From: an uncultured bacterium
GTDB lineage: Bacteria; UBP4; UBA4092
DNA length: 20,000 bases
Assembly (NCBI GenBank): GCA_964644695.1
Contig: CAZXWN010000001.1
Location: 818,390 to 838,389, forward strand
Direction of reading: 5' to 3'
Part shown: piece by piece, positions 1 to 8,621 of the stretch
Layout: each line of letters begins with the position of its first letter
Position numbering within the stretch: position 1 is the first letter of the stretch
Position numbers and translations under genes: made by a program
The notes under the pieces: generated by a model
What the model was told of the DNA's origin: nothing
The model's database searches: none
What the model saw: only the letters and a program-made list of their open reading frames with translations

Positions 1-545
1 CAATCCGCAATAGCCTTTACATAATCGCCTTTCAGGTAAAACAAAATAGCTCTTTGGTTATAGGCCTCTGCAAAGCCCGGGTCTTCATGAATGATGAGCG
101 TCAGACGATTGATAGCTTGGTCAAGTTTGCCTTTTTGAATCAATTTTTGGGCATCATATAATCCCTGGCGAGCCAAGGGACCGGCTTCATTAAACCATAA
201 ATCACATAAAAGGGAAGAGGCCATCGCCCTTTCCTGACTATCCTCAGAACGAAGACTATCATACAAATACTGGTCGTATTCTTTTTTATTATTACGGGTC
301 AATAGATAGGCTGACATTAATCGAACTTCATAATCATTCGAATTGGCCAATTTTGTCAGGAGGTTGGCATGTATGGGTTCAAACTGATCATTCAGGTTAT
401 CCAGGGAATTACGGTTCCGCCAATCCACTTGATGGAGTTTATCGACCAGTACATCCGCCTCTTTTACACCAGAGACACCATGATAAAGATGGACCAGACT
501 GAATATTATTAAGATAACCAGAAATACTGGTAACCATTTTCTCAT
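1..545 (-). CDS. HEAT-like/TPR repeat protein with N-terminal hydrophobic signal or anchor; 3' end runs off the window
   Basis: Not in the ORF track; translated by hand from ATG at 545, with an AAGGGA RBS upstream. Reads MRKWLPVFLVILIIFSLVHL...EVRLMSAYLL...ERAMASSLLCDLWFNEAG...GKLDQAINRLTLIIHEDPGFAEAYNQRAILFYLKGDYVKAIAD, open to position 1. The C-terminal part has TPR consensus (P.FAEAY..RA.....GDY..AI.D). Confidence 0.85.
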   Translation of the reverse strand, partial: MRKWLPVFLVILIIFSLVHLYHGVSGVKEADVLVDKLHQVDWRNRNSLDNLNDQFEPIHANLLTKLANSNDYEVRLMSAYLLTRNNKKEYDQYLYDSLRSEDSQERAMASSLLCDLWFNEAGPLARQGLYDAQKLIQKGKLDQAINRLTLIIHEDPGFAEAYNQRAILFYLKGDYVKAIAD

Positions 546-636
546 AATATTTATCCCTTATATCCTTATAATAATAAGACGGCTACATAACTGCAATTGT
601 TTCCTGTTATGTTCAAATTATTTGTCAGAGGATATC

Positions 637-1113
637 ATGTATAGAATAGGTATCATTTCCGATACGCACGGAATTCTTAACGCAAAAACATTGGAAGTCT
701 TTCAGGGAGTCGAGGCCATCTGCCATTGTGGGGACATTGACAGCCACGGAGTTTTAGTCGAATTGGAAACGATTGCACCCGTATTTGCCATCCATGGAAA
801 TGTGGACCCCTATGAATTGACCGTCAAATATCCCAAACGACAGATTATTTCATTAAAAGATAAAAACATCCTTCTAACCCACAAGGGAATGGATGGAACA
901 GAAATTCGGCCGTCAGTCATTCGATTTATGGACAAACAGACTGTTGATATCGTCTGTTTTGGACACACCCATCGCCCCTATTCCGGATTTCATTCGGGGA
1001 CTTATTTCATAAATCCCGGCAGCGCCACCATCCCCAGACATGGAGGCCGACCCACGGTCGCCATTCTGGATTTGGACAGTTTACCCTTTAATGCCCAGTT
1101 TATTGATTTATAA
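637..1113 (+). CDS. YfcE/MJ0936-family (calcineurin-like) metallophosphoesterase
   Basis: Motifs SDTHG, HCGD, GNVD, TH, FGHTH and NPGS. ATG at 637 follows GAGGA (628-632), so it is preferred over TTG at 622. Confidence 0.9.
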   Translation: MYRIGIISDTHGILNAKTLEVFQGVEAICHCGDIDSHGVLVELETIAPVFAIHGNVDPYELTVKYPKRQIISLKDKNILLTHKGMDGTEIRPSVIRFMDKQTVDIVCFGHTHRPYSGFHSGTYFINPGSATIPRHGGRPTVAILDLDSLPFNAQFIDL

Positions 1114-1116
1114 CGA

Positions 1117-1683
1117 TTATTTCTTTTTCTTTAATACGGGTTTAATCCCACCCAGACTATTTAATGCCTGCCGCACTTTATCGACATCTGGTAACTGTTG
1201 TGGTTTATCCGAAACTTGAGCGTATTTGATTTTTCCATCCTGCCCAATGAGAAAAACGGCCCGTTTTGAAACCCCTTTCAATCCCATAAGGTCAGGGAAA
1301 TATGCACCATAGCTCTGAGAGGCTTCCTTATTAAAATCAGAAAGGAGCTTGAACTGGATTTTATTTTCTCCTCTCCAGGCCTTATGTGCAAAGGGCGAAT
1401 CCACACTGACCCCATAGACCTGAAGTTTCATCTGAGAATAATCCTTCTGAATCTTTTCAAAGTCTTCCATCTGACGATGACAGGCTTCCGTAAAATCAAA
1501 CAAATAAAACACAAGTAAAACTGGCCCCTTTTTAAGCTCTTCTTGAAGGGTCACATATTTCATATCCTCATCCATCAATTTGAAACCTGGGGCTTTATCG
1601 CCGGGTTTCAAAGCTCGAGCCGCAGCGCCCAGAGTCACTAACACTATTAATGAAAGAATGATACTTATCCATAATTTACGCAT
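1117..1683 (-). CDS. Peroxiredoxin-like protein (AhpC/TSA, AhpE/BCP-like) with signal peptide
   Basis: GDKAPGFKL, FYLFDFTEAC (TxxC), GVSVDS, LLSDFN and the conserved Arg in KRAVFLI. N-terminus MRKLWISIILSLIVLVTLGAAARA looks like a Sec signal. AAGGA RBS precedes ATG at 1683. Confidence 0.85.
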   Translation of the reverse strand: MRKLWISIILSLIVLVTLGAAARALKPGDKAPGFKLMDEDMKYVTLQEELKKGPVLLVFYLFDFTEACHRQMEDFEKIQKDYSQMKLQVYGVSVDSPFAHKAWRGENKIQFKLLSDFNKEASQSYGAYFPDLMGLKGVSKRAVFLIGQDGKIKYAQVSDKPQQLPDVDKVRQALNSLGGIKPVLKKKK

Positions 1684-1780
1684 TTTAAAATCCTTAACCA
1701 ATTAAATAGGGGTCATATCTATCCAATATAATACCCAATTTCTTTCCAAAGACCAATTCTCACAAACTCCTGTTTCCAAC

Positions 1781-1823
1781 GAATCATCCACGGACTTGCT
1801 CCGAGCAGCTCCGTGGATGATTC
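1781..1823. repeat. GC-rich inverted repeat (14-bp perfect arms plus an inner hairpin), REP-like
   Basis: GAATCATCCACGGA (1781-1794) pairs with TCCGTGGATGATTC (1810-1823). The interior holds TGCT-CCG-AGCA. Confidence 0.75.
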
Positions 1824-1850
1824 AGGCACCCCCTGCCCTGTAAATTGTTC

Positions 1851-1879
1851 TTGCTTTTTAATATTACTTGCTTTAGATT
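1851..1879 (+). promoter_or_regulatory. Putative sigma70 promoter for the DUF2157 operon
   Basis: TTGCTT (1851-1856), 17-nt spacer, TAGATT (1874-1879). A GGGAGG RBS precedes ATG at 1921. Confidence 0.45.
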
Positions 1880-1920
1880 ACATCAGTTAATAAGTTTGGC
1901 AAATACTGCGGGAGGGATGT

Positions 1921-3288
1921 ATGCCATCACCAAAAGAATGGTTCCAACGAAATAAAAAGGACTGGCTTTTAAAAGAAATACCCCAGTGGGAAGTCGATGG
2001 ATTGATTTCACGGGATCAGTCCGAACTACTTCGGCAAAAATATCAAACAAGTCCAGAGAATTCACAGTATGGCTTAGATACGATTATTATTTCGGTTATT
2101 GGGGCATTATTGATTGGATTAGGAGTTATCCTGTTTTTTGCCTGGAACTGGAAGGATATGCCCCGCTGGTCAAAAGTATCATTGATACTGGTCAGTATGG
2201 TCTCTTCGTACCTGGGCGGTTTTTATATCAAATATCAAAAGCCTGCAAAAGCATGGCTGGGGGAAACACTAATTTTCCTGGGGCTTGTGATTTTTGGGGC
2301 AGGCATCTGGCTGATGTATCAGATGTTCAATTATTCCCTGGATACTGAAACAGTGTTCTTTTATTGGGCTATAGGAGCACTTTTGGTCACATTGACGGCA
2401 GAATCCATTCCAGCATTACTTTCGGCTATCATTCTCGGATTCTGTTGGTTTATATCAAATGGTTCAATATTTATCCCCAGCCAGTATCAATACGCTTCTT
2501 ATCTGATATTAGTAATTCCTTTGATGGGAATATCTTATTATTGGAAATGCCGTTTCCCACTGCATCTTCAGATTATTTTCCTATTGATTGCAACGATATA
2601 TGAAATATTCAGATATTCTGAGAATCTAGCTGCTCTTACAAACCTGACATTTCTGGGATTAATCATCTGTTCGCTGGGTTTACTTTCCCGGTCATGGGAT
2701 ACCACCCATCCAGCGAATAAACCCTTATTAAACTGGGGAAGATTTATTACTGGACTGGGATTGTTTATTCCTTGCGTCAGTTTAATGGATATAAATAGTG
2801 ATGTAAATAGCGCCTTCTTTCGGATGAGAACTATCACTTATGGTTTACTTGGCACATTCATCCTGCTGGCTCTATTGCGTGGCGTACTGTTATATAAAAA
2901 GCGACTGCCCTATCCTGAATTAAAACTATCTCAGAATCATTTTCACTTTATCCCAGATGGGATAGGCATTGCTGCATTCATCATCATGTTTTTATATGCA
3001 GGAGTAACCAATGTAATCAACTTTTTTGTGATTGTTTTAATTGTTTACTATTATTACCTCCTAATTCGTTGGGGAAATCAGATTCAAAAGATGATATATC
3101 TCTATATGGGTACGATTGGGATTCTAGCCGCAGCATTTTATCTTTATCATGAATTCTTCAGTGAGACACTGTTAAGCGGGGCCCTGTTTTTCCTGGTTGC
3201 GGGTGCGTCCTTTATTATGTGCGGCTGGTGGTTAATTCAGAAACGGAGGCAGTTTAAACTATCAGACCAGGTGGAGGTTGTTGAATGA
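1921..3288 (+). CDS. DUF2157-family polytopic membrane protein
   Basis: N-terminal WLLKEIPQWEVDGLISRDQSELLRQKY, then IGALLIGLGVILFFAWNW and GAGIWLMYQMFN, typical of DUF2157. Many hydrophobic helices follow. Confidence 0.85.
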   Translation: MPSPKEWFQRNKKDWLLKEIPQWEVDGLISRDQSELLRQKYQTSPENSQYGLDTIIISVIGALLIGLGVILFFAWNWKDMPRWSKVSLILVSMVSSYLGGFYIKYQKPAKAWLGETLIFLGLVIFGAGIWLMYQMFNYSLDTETVFFYWAIGALLVTLTAESIPALLSAIILGFCWFISNGSIFIPSQYQYASYLILVIPLMGISYYWKCRFPLHLQIIFLLIATIYEIFRYSENLAALTNLTFLGLIICSLGLLSRSWDTTHPANKPLLNWGRFITGLGLFIPCVSLMDINSDVNSAFFRMRTITYGLLGTFILLALLRGVLLYKKRLPYPELKLSQNHFHFIPDGIGIAAFIIMFLYAGVTNVINFFVIVLIVYYYYLLIRWGNQIQKMIYLYMGTIGILAAAFYLYHEFFSETLLSGALFFLVAGASFIMCGWWLIQKRRQFKLSDQVEVVE

Positions 3289-3965
3289 AACGCTGGATAT
3301 TCTTCATTTTAGTTATCATCCTGCTGGTGGGGTTCCTCACGGGTACTATCCTTTATAAAGAATGGGAAATCAATACCAGCCCCACCATTTTACTAAAAAT
3401 CAGCCCTAAAGATCCTCAAGATCTCCTTATGGGCAATTATTTATATCTGTCTTATGATATTTCCCGGCTGGAAGTTAAAAATCTTACAGGCTTGGACTCC
3501 ACTTTTAATGAAAGAAGCTCCGGTTATGACGAGGTGGATCATGCATATTTCGGTAGTGAGGCGGGCAAAACTGTTTATGTCTATCTGGAAGAAACAACCA
3601 CTCCTCAATGTTCCTACTATGTTGCCAAAGAAGTCCGAGCTAAACCGCCCGTCAATCCTAATATCAAGTATGCAACAGGGGTTATCGATCGTTATAACTA
3701 TATTATCGATTCAACAAAGGTCTTGTATGTGTTCGATAGTACGACCACCTATGCTTTATCTACAAAAAAATTCGATTCATTAAACCTGTACTACCCTGAC
3801 GGTGAACGTTTTTATGTTCAGCAAGATAAAGCTAAACAATTAGAACAACTGCTGGCTGACACTGAAAATCATCAGGTGTTTGTAGAAGCAGCCTTAATCA
3901 AAAATAAGGGGCTTCGGGTGGTTAATCTGATGATAGATGGGAAATATTACTATCCAAAGAAGTAA
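3285..3965 (+). CDS. GDYXXLXY-domain membrane-anchored protein
   Basis: N-terminal TM helix, then PKDPQDLLMGNYLYLSYDIS and Y..GERFYV. Its start overlaps the DUF2157 stop (ATGA), the usual pairing for these families. Confidence 0.85.
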   Translation: MKRWIFFILVIILLVGFLTGTILYKEWEINTSPTILLKISPKDPQDLLMGNYLYLSYDISRLEVKNLTGLDSTFNERSSGYDEVDHAYFGSEAGKTVYVYLEETTTPQCSYYVAKEVRAKPPVNPNIKYATGVIDRYNYIIDSTKVLYVFDSTTTYALSTKKFDSLNLYYPDGERFYVQQDKAKQLEQLLADTENHQVFVEAALIKNKGLRVVNLMIDGKYYYPKK

Positions 3966-4009
3966 AATATTCTCACCTCATCACAATAAATGTTTTAGAA
4001 TGACTGATT

Positions 4010-5641
4010 ATGACTAAGCCAACAGAAATGGATACAACCCCCTGCTGGTTAAGGGAAATCGGCCAGTGTGAAAAGGGATTTGAAGGTAGCTTTCTTGAGA
4101 AATTCGAGAATTGCTACTTTTGTGAGGTATTTACCCGGGCTTCAGCTGAAATAGGCCAGCCATTTCCTCACTTCATGATCCGCCAGTTAAAGCTCTATGA
4201 CATCCAGAATATTTCAAAACTGGAACTCGCGAATCAATCCCTCAAACAAAAGATTGATGAACTGACGGTACTTTTAGATATTTCTACACAGGTTCAGGGC
4301 ACTTCCAGTCTGGATGAGACTTTATATGTCATCATCTCCGGATTAACGGCTGGATTTGCTCTCGGTTTTAACCGTGCCATACTTTTTCTCGTCGATGATA
4401 GAAAAAATGAGCTCTATGGGAAATTGGGAGTAGGTCCGACCTCTGGAGAAGAAGCCCATGCTATCTGGTCATCCCTGGCCAATGAGCCCAAGTCTCTCTC
4501 CCGGATGATTACACCTGAAGCCATTGAGTCTATGAAAAACTCCAAAATGACTCTCCTGGCCCAGACGATGAGAAAAACTCTGCATCCGAACCAGGGTATC
4601 CTGTCCCGCACCGTCATTGAGAAAAAATCTTTTCTTGTGACCGACGCTCCCCATGATAAACGTGTTAGCCCTGAAGTCCTTGAACTGTTGCAATGCCCTA
4701 CTTTCGCCACCGTACCCTTGATGGCTAAAGATAAGGCCGTCGGCATGATTTATGTGGACAATCGATTTAATCAGGAACCTATCACTGAAGAGGACATGAA
4801 TTCCCTCTCCCGGTTTGCAGCGTTGGCGGGTCTGGCGATTGCAGAATCCATGGCCTATGAACAAATTGAACACTTCAATGAACAATTAGAAGCAGAAGTA
4901 GAGAAAGCTCAGGCTGAATTAAGAGAGATTGAGCGAGAATTCGCCCACCAGGAAAAACTTGTGGCACTCGGACAGATGGCCGCCGGTGTAGCCCATGAGC
5001 TCCGCAATCCGATGACTGCAGTTCGGGGTTTTGCTCAGCGCATTTTCAGAAGGCTCCCGGATGAAGATGCCAATAAACGCTATGCCGGAATCATTCTGGA
5101 AGAAATGGATCGTATTAATATTCTCATTCGGGATGTCTTGGAATATGCCCGAAAAGATGCTCCGGTGTATGAAAAGGTCCTTTTACAAGAAGTTGTGGAT
5201 GAGGTTTTATTTATTTTTAAAGATACCCTGGCCTCTAATCCAATTACCTTAATCAAGGACTATTCTGATTTGCCGGCGTTCTATATTGACGTTAATCAAA
5301 TTAAACAGATCGTCACCAATATCGTCTCCAATGGAATTGATGTCATTAAAGAAGGCGGCGATTTGAAAATTAAAATTTATCAGGATGGTGAAAATGCCTG
5401 TTTGGATATTCAAGATTCGGGACCTGGTATCTGGCCAGAAATTCTAAAACACATTTTCAATCCCTTTTTTACAACGAAATCATCAGGAACCGGGTTAGGA
5501 TTATCCATTGCTCATCGGCTGGCCGAACTCCATGGCGGAGATATTCGGGTGAAAACTCAGATTGGTCAGGGAACATGTTTTACTCTGGTTCTTCCCTTTA
5601 AAACAACACTGGAAGAATCAGACCAAACTTTAGAAGACTGA
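4010..5641 (+). CDS. Cytoplasmic sensor histidine kinase (Cys-rich N-terminal module, GAF, HisKA, HATPase)
   Basis: H-box AHELRNP, N-box NIVSNG, G1 DSGPG, F-box FNPFFTT, G2 GTGLGL. GAF region FNRAILFL...FATVPLMAKDKAVGMIYVDN. No TM segment is evident. Confidence 0.93.
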   Translation: MTKPTEMDTTPCWLREIGQCEKGFEGSFLEKFENCYFCEVFTRASAEIGQPFPHFMIRQLKLYDIQNISKLELANQSLKQKIDELTVLLDISTQVQGTSSLDETLYVIISGLTAGFALGFNRAILFLVDDRKNELYGKLGVGPTSGEEAHAIWSSLANEPKSLSRMITPEAIESMKNSKMTLLAQTMRKTLHPNQGILSRTVIEKKSFLVTDAPHDKRVSPEVLELLQCPTFATVPLMAKDKAVGMIYVDNRFNQEPITEEDMNSLSRFAALAGLAIAESMAYEQIEHFNEQLEAEVEKAQAELREIEREFAHQEKLVALGQMAAGVAHELRNPMTAVRGFAQRIFRRLPDEDANKRYAGIILEEMDRINILIRDVLEYARKDAPVYEKVLLQEVVDEVLFIFKDTLASNPITLIKDYSDLPAFYIDVNQIKQIVTNIVSNGIDVIKEGGDLKIKIYQDGENACLDIQDSGPGIWPEILKHIFNPFFTTKSSGTGLGLSIAHRLAELHGGDIRVKTQIGQGTCFTLVLPFKTTLEESDQTLED

Positions 5642-5694
5642 TTTCTGATAAAATAAGCACACGACAGGGTTCATGTGAGATTGAGGGTAAAATT

Positions 5695-6099
5695 ATGACA
5701 AAAAATGCACAATTAATTTTAGTGGTAGACGACGAAAAAAATATTCGTCTTCTTTTCCAGGAAGAGCTCGCTGAGGTGGGTTACCATATCATCTGCGCTG
5801 AAAACGGTGAAGAAGCTCTTCGATTATTCCAGGAACACAAGCCGGACTTAGTTCTGTTAGACTTAAAAATGCCGGGCATGCATGGAGTCTCTGTCTTGGA
5901 AAATATTAGGAAAACGGATAAAACTACGCCCGTACTTGTCGTGACGGCCCATGGGGCTGGAAGCTCCATCCAAAGGTCTCAGACTGAATACACATTCAAA
6001 TCCCGTAATCTGAATATTGCAGACTACATCACAAAACCTGTGGATTTGGATGACTTGGTCGCCAAGGTTAAAAAGACAATTGGACCACCCCGGACCTAA
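5695..6099 (+). CDS. Single-domain response regulator (receiver only)
   Basis: VVDDE acidic pocket, LLDLKMPG phospho-Asp, VTAH and TKP. No output domain. Confidence 0.93.
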   Translation: MTKNAQLILVVDDEKNIRLLFQEELAEVGYHIICAENGEEALRLFQEHKPDLVLLDLKMPGMHGVSVLENIRKTDKTTPVLVVTAHGAGSSIQRSQTEYTFKSRNLNIADYITKPVDLDDLVAKVKKTIGPPRT

Positions 6100-6116
6100 A
6101 GTTTTTACTTCAGTCC

Positions 6117-6145
6117 TTGACAGACGAAGTGTAATCATATAATTT
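6117..6145 (+). promoter_or_regulatory. Putative sigma70 promoter for the carD-like gene
   Basis: TTGACA (6117-6122), then TATAAT (6138-6143, 15-nt spacer) or TAATTT (6140-6145, 17-nt spacer). AAGGAG RBS precedes ATG at 6190. Confidence 0.55.
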
Positions 6146-6189
6146 GAAGTCAGTCCCCATAGTTCCAGTACACTAAGAAGGAGTTCAGG

Positions 6190-6729
6190 ATGTTTAATAT
6201 CGGTGATCGAGTAGTACATAAAACCCACGGAGCTGGAGTAGTTCGTTCAGTGGAAACCCAAAATATAGATGGTGTTGCTCTTGAGTTTGTCCGGGTCCAT
6301 TTGACCCTTCAGGATGGCGATGTGTTGGTTCCCTTGAAAAATGGAACAACGAATGACCTTAGGATTGCTTTGGATGAAGATGGTCTCCAACAGATTGTCA
6401 GTATTCTTGAAGGAAACAGCGATGTAGTTCCGCCCAATGAAGATGGTAGCTACCCACCGGCTACTGATTTGATTGCATCTGGGAACCCCTTCCAAATGGC
6501 TCAAGCTGTCAGGATTTTAACCTCCGAAGCAAAGCAGGAAGGCGTAGAAACAGAAATCAAAGATACTTTATCTGCAGCTCGGATGCGTTTAGCAGGTGAG
6601 TTAATGCTGACAAAGAGTATTACCAAAGCCGGTGCTTTATCGCTAATCAATCGTTCCATTCATGGAACAGAGAAATTCCAGAAAGCCGCCGAAAAGCGTC
6701 GGAAGAAACAAACCAAGAAAAAAGAATAA
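6190..6729 (+). CDS. carD: CarD/CdnL-family RNA polymerase-interacting regulator (divergent)
   Basis: MFNIGDRVVHKTHGAGVV, VLVP, LR, SGNPFQMAQAVRIL and ARMRLAGEL match the CarD N-terminal RID and C-terminal helical domain. Confidence 0.82.
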   Translation: MFNIGDRVVHKTHGAGVVRSVETQNIDGVALEFVRVHLTLQDGDVLVPLKNGTTNDLRIALDEDGLQQIVSILEGNSDVVPPNEDGSYPPATDLIASGNPFQMAQAVRILTSEAKQEGVETEIKDTLSAARMRLAGELMLTKSITKAGALSLINRSIHGTEKFQKAAEKRRKKQTKKKE

Positions 6730-6741
6730 GCATTGAAACTG

Positions 6742-7407
6742 TTATTCTTCATCTGAAGAAACAGATTCATTAAAACGCGAACCACATTTCCGTCGGAGCA
6801 GTCCATAAATGACCTCCGGCGGAAATCCTTTTTGGGCTAAAAACCGGTATATTTTATTACGCCGCCGCTGAGGGTCCTTTTCTCCAGCATAATCTTTTCG
6901 ACGAGACAACGCTGCCTCAGCTAAAGCCATTTGGTCTATATCTTTTTCCAGTGGAGACAGGATTTCCCGAATAATGGAATCTGGAATTCCTTTCCTTTTC
7001 AACTCCTGCTTTAGTAAAGGAATTCCTCTGGGTCTGTTTTGCAATCGTGACGCAACAAACTCTCGGGCATATTTTTGGTCATCCAAATATCCCCGCTGAA
7101 TAAAAAGTGTAATTATAGATTCAATGATGGATTCATCATATTGACGAGTTTTGAGTTTATTCCGGATTTGTTGAATACAATACGCACGCTGCGATAGAAG
7201 ACGAATCACATAATCTCTGGCTTGTAATCTATCTTCCTCCAATGCTAATGCCTTCAGGGTTTCTGTCTCAATCTCCATCCCAACGCGTAACCTGAATTTC
7301 TTTAGAGCCTCCTCACTAACTCCCATAGCAAACTCTTCATCAATAAAGACAGAAAACCGATGTTGCCGTTTTTTTTGCGGTTGAATTAAAGTTATTTTTC
7401 CCATCAC
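6742..7407 (-). CDS. recX: Regulatory protein RecX (long form)
   Basis: RFSVFIDEEF N-terminal extension, GYLDDQKYA, RGIPLLKQELKRKGI and RFLAQKGF. Directly downstream of recA. Confidence 0.92.
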   Translation of the reverse strand: MMGKITLIQPQKKRQHRFSVFIDEEFAMGVSEEALKKFRLRVGMEIETETLKALALEEDRLQARDYVIRLLSQRAYCIQQIRNKLKTRQYDESIIESIITLFIQRGYLDDQKYAREFVASRLQNRPRGIPLLKQELKRKGIPDSIIREILSPLEKDIDQMALAEAALSRRKDYAGEKDPQRRRNKIYRFLAQKGFPPEVIYGLLRRKCGSRFNESVSSDEE

Positions 7408-7442
7408 ATCATCATTTTATCTGATTCTGGCTCAATACAAAC

Positions 7443-7474
7443 AAAAAGAGCCGGGTAATTAATTACCCGGCTCT
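7443..7474 (-). terminator. Intrinsic terminator/attenuator between recA and recX
   Basis: AGAGCCGGGTAATT/AATTACCCGGCTCT palindrome (7447-7474), followed by a T-run on the minus strand. Confidence 0.8.
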
Positions 7475-7497
7475 GCTGTTTTTATAGATACACAATA

Positions 7498-8544
7498 TTA
7501 TTCTGCCTCGGGGACAGGTACACTTCCACCCACAAGCCCAAGTTTCTGACGAAGCTTTCCTTCCAGATCCTGCCGAACTTCGGGATGCTCTTTAAGGAAT
7601 TTCCGGGCATTATCACGACCCTGCCCTAACCGTTCAGAACCATAAGAGAACCAGGTTCCACTCTTTTCCACCATCTTTTCATTAACGGCCAAATCCAAAA
7701 GGTCGCCTTCCTTGGAAAGCCCTTCGCCATGCATGATATCAAACTCGGCTTCCTTAAAGGGGGGAGCCACTTTGTTTTTGACTACTTTTACACGGTGACG
7801 ACTACCAATAACGCTATCACCATCACGAATAGTTGTAATCCGTCTGATATCAAGGCGAACAGAAGAGTAAAACTTAAGAGCACGTCCACCGGTGGTTGTT
7901 TCAGGGCTACCGAACATAACACCAATCTTTTCACGAATCTGGTTGATGAATATGACACAGGTCTTGGATTTACTGATGGCAGCGGTAAGTTTTCGTAAAG
8001 CCTGGGACATCAATCGTGCCTGTAATCCGACAAAACTGTCTCCCATATCACCTTCAATTTCAGCCTGTGGGACAAGGGCGGCAACAGAGTCTATAACAAT
8101 TAAGTCAACAGCATTACTCCGAACAAGAGTTTCTACGATTTCTAAGGCTTGTTCACCTGTATCCGGCTGGGAGAGCCACAAATTATCTAAATCAACACCC
8201 ATTAATTTGCTGTAAGAAGGATCCAAAGCATGTTCAGCATCGATAAAGGCCGCAACACCACCTTTTTTCTGGACCTGGGCAATGATTTCCAAAGTCAAAG
8301 TGGTTTTGCCTGAAGATTCAGGTCCAAAGATTTCAACGACACGACCACGGGGAACGCCGCCGATACCTAAGGCATAGTCCAACGAAATAGATCCACAGGA
8401 GATCGCCGGAATTTCCAGTCTGGAACTGCCTTCCCCCAACCGCATGATAGACCCTTTTCCAAACTGCCGTTCAATCTGAGATACCGCCAATTCCAAAGCT
8501 TTGAGTTTCTGACTTTGGCCCTTTTCATCTACTACACTTGACAT
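7498..8544 (-). CDS. recA: Recombinase RecA
   Basis: [12 protein letters not shown], Walker [34 protein letters not shown] and [13 protein letters not shown]. Confidence 0.99.
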   Translation of the reverse strand: MSSVVDEKGQSQKLKALELAVSQIERQFGKGSIMRLGEGSSRLEIPAISCGSISLDYALGIGGVPRGRVVEIFGPESSGKTTLTLEIIAQVQKKGGVAAFIDAEHALDPSYSKLMGVDLDNLWLSQPDTGEQALEIVETLVRSNAVDLIVIDSVAALVPQAEIEGDMGDSFVGLQARLMSQALRKLTAAISKSKTCVIFINQIREKIGVMFGSPETTTGGRALKFYSSVRLDIRRITTIRDGDSVIGSRHRVKVVKNKVAPPFKEAEFDIMHGEGLSKEGDLLDLAVNEKMVEKSGTWFSYGSERLGQGRDNARKFLKEHPEVRQDLEGKLRQKLGLVGGSVPVPEAE

Positions 8545-8592
8545 AATCTTCTTTACTCCTTTACTGTCATCACCCTGCCGGGGTTTTGGTAT

Positions 8593-8621
8593 AGATTAAT
8601 TATTCGTGTTGATTCTGTCAA
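8593..8621 (-). promoter_or_regulatory. Putative sigma70 promoter of recA
   Basis: Minus strand TTGACA (8621-8616), 17-nt spacer, TAATCT (8598-8593). AAGGAG RBS lies upstream of the ATG. Confidence 0.6.

Noticed and set aside
551..570. Near-tandem TATCCCTTA/TATCCTTA in the divergent spacer
   Set aside because: Too short, and explained by the RBS of the minus-strand TPR gene.
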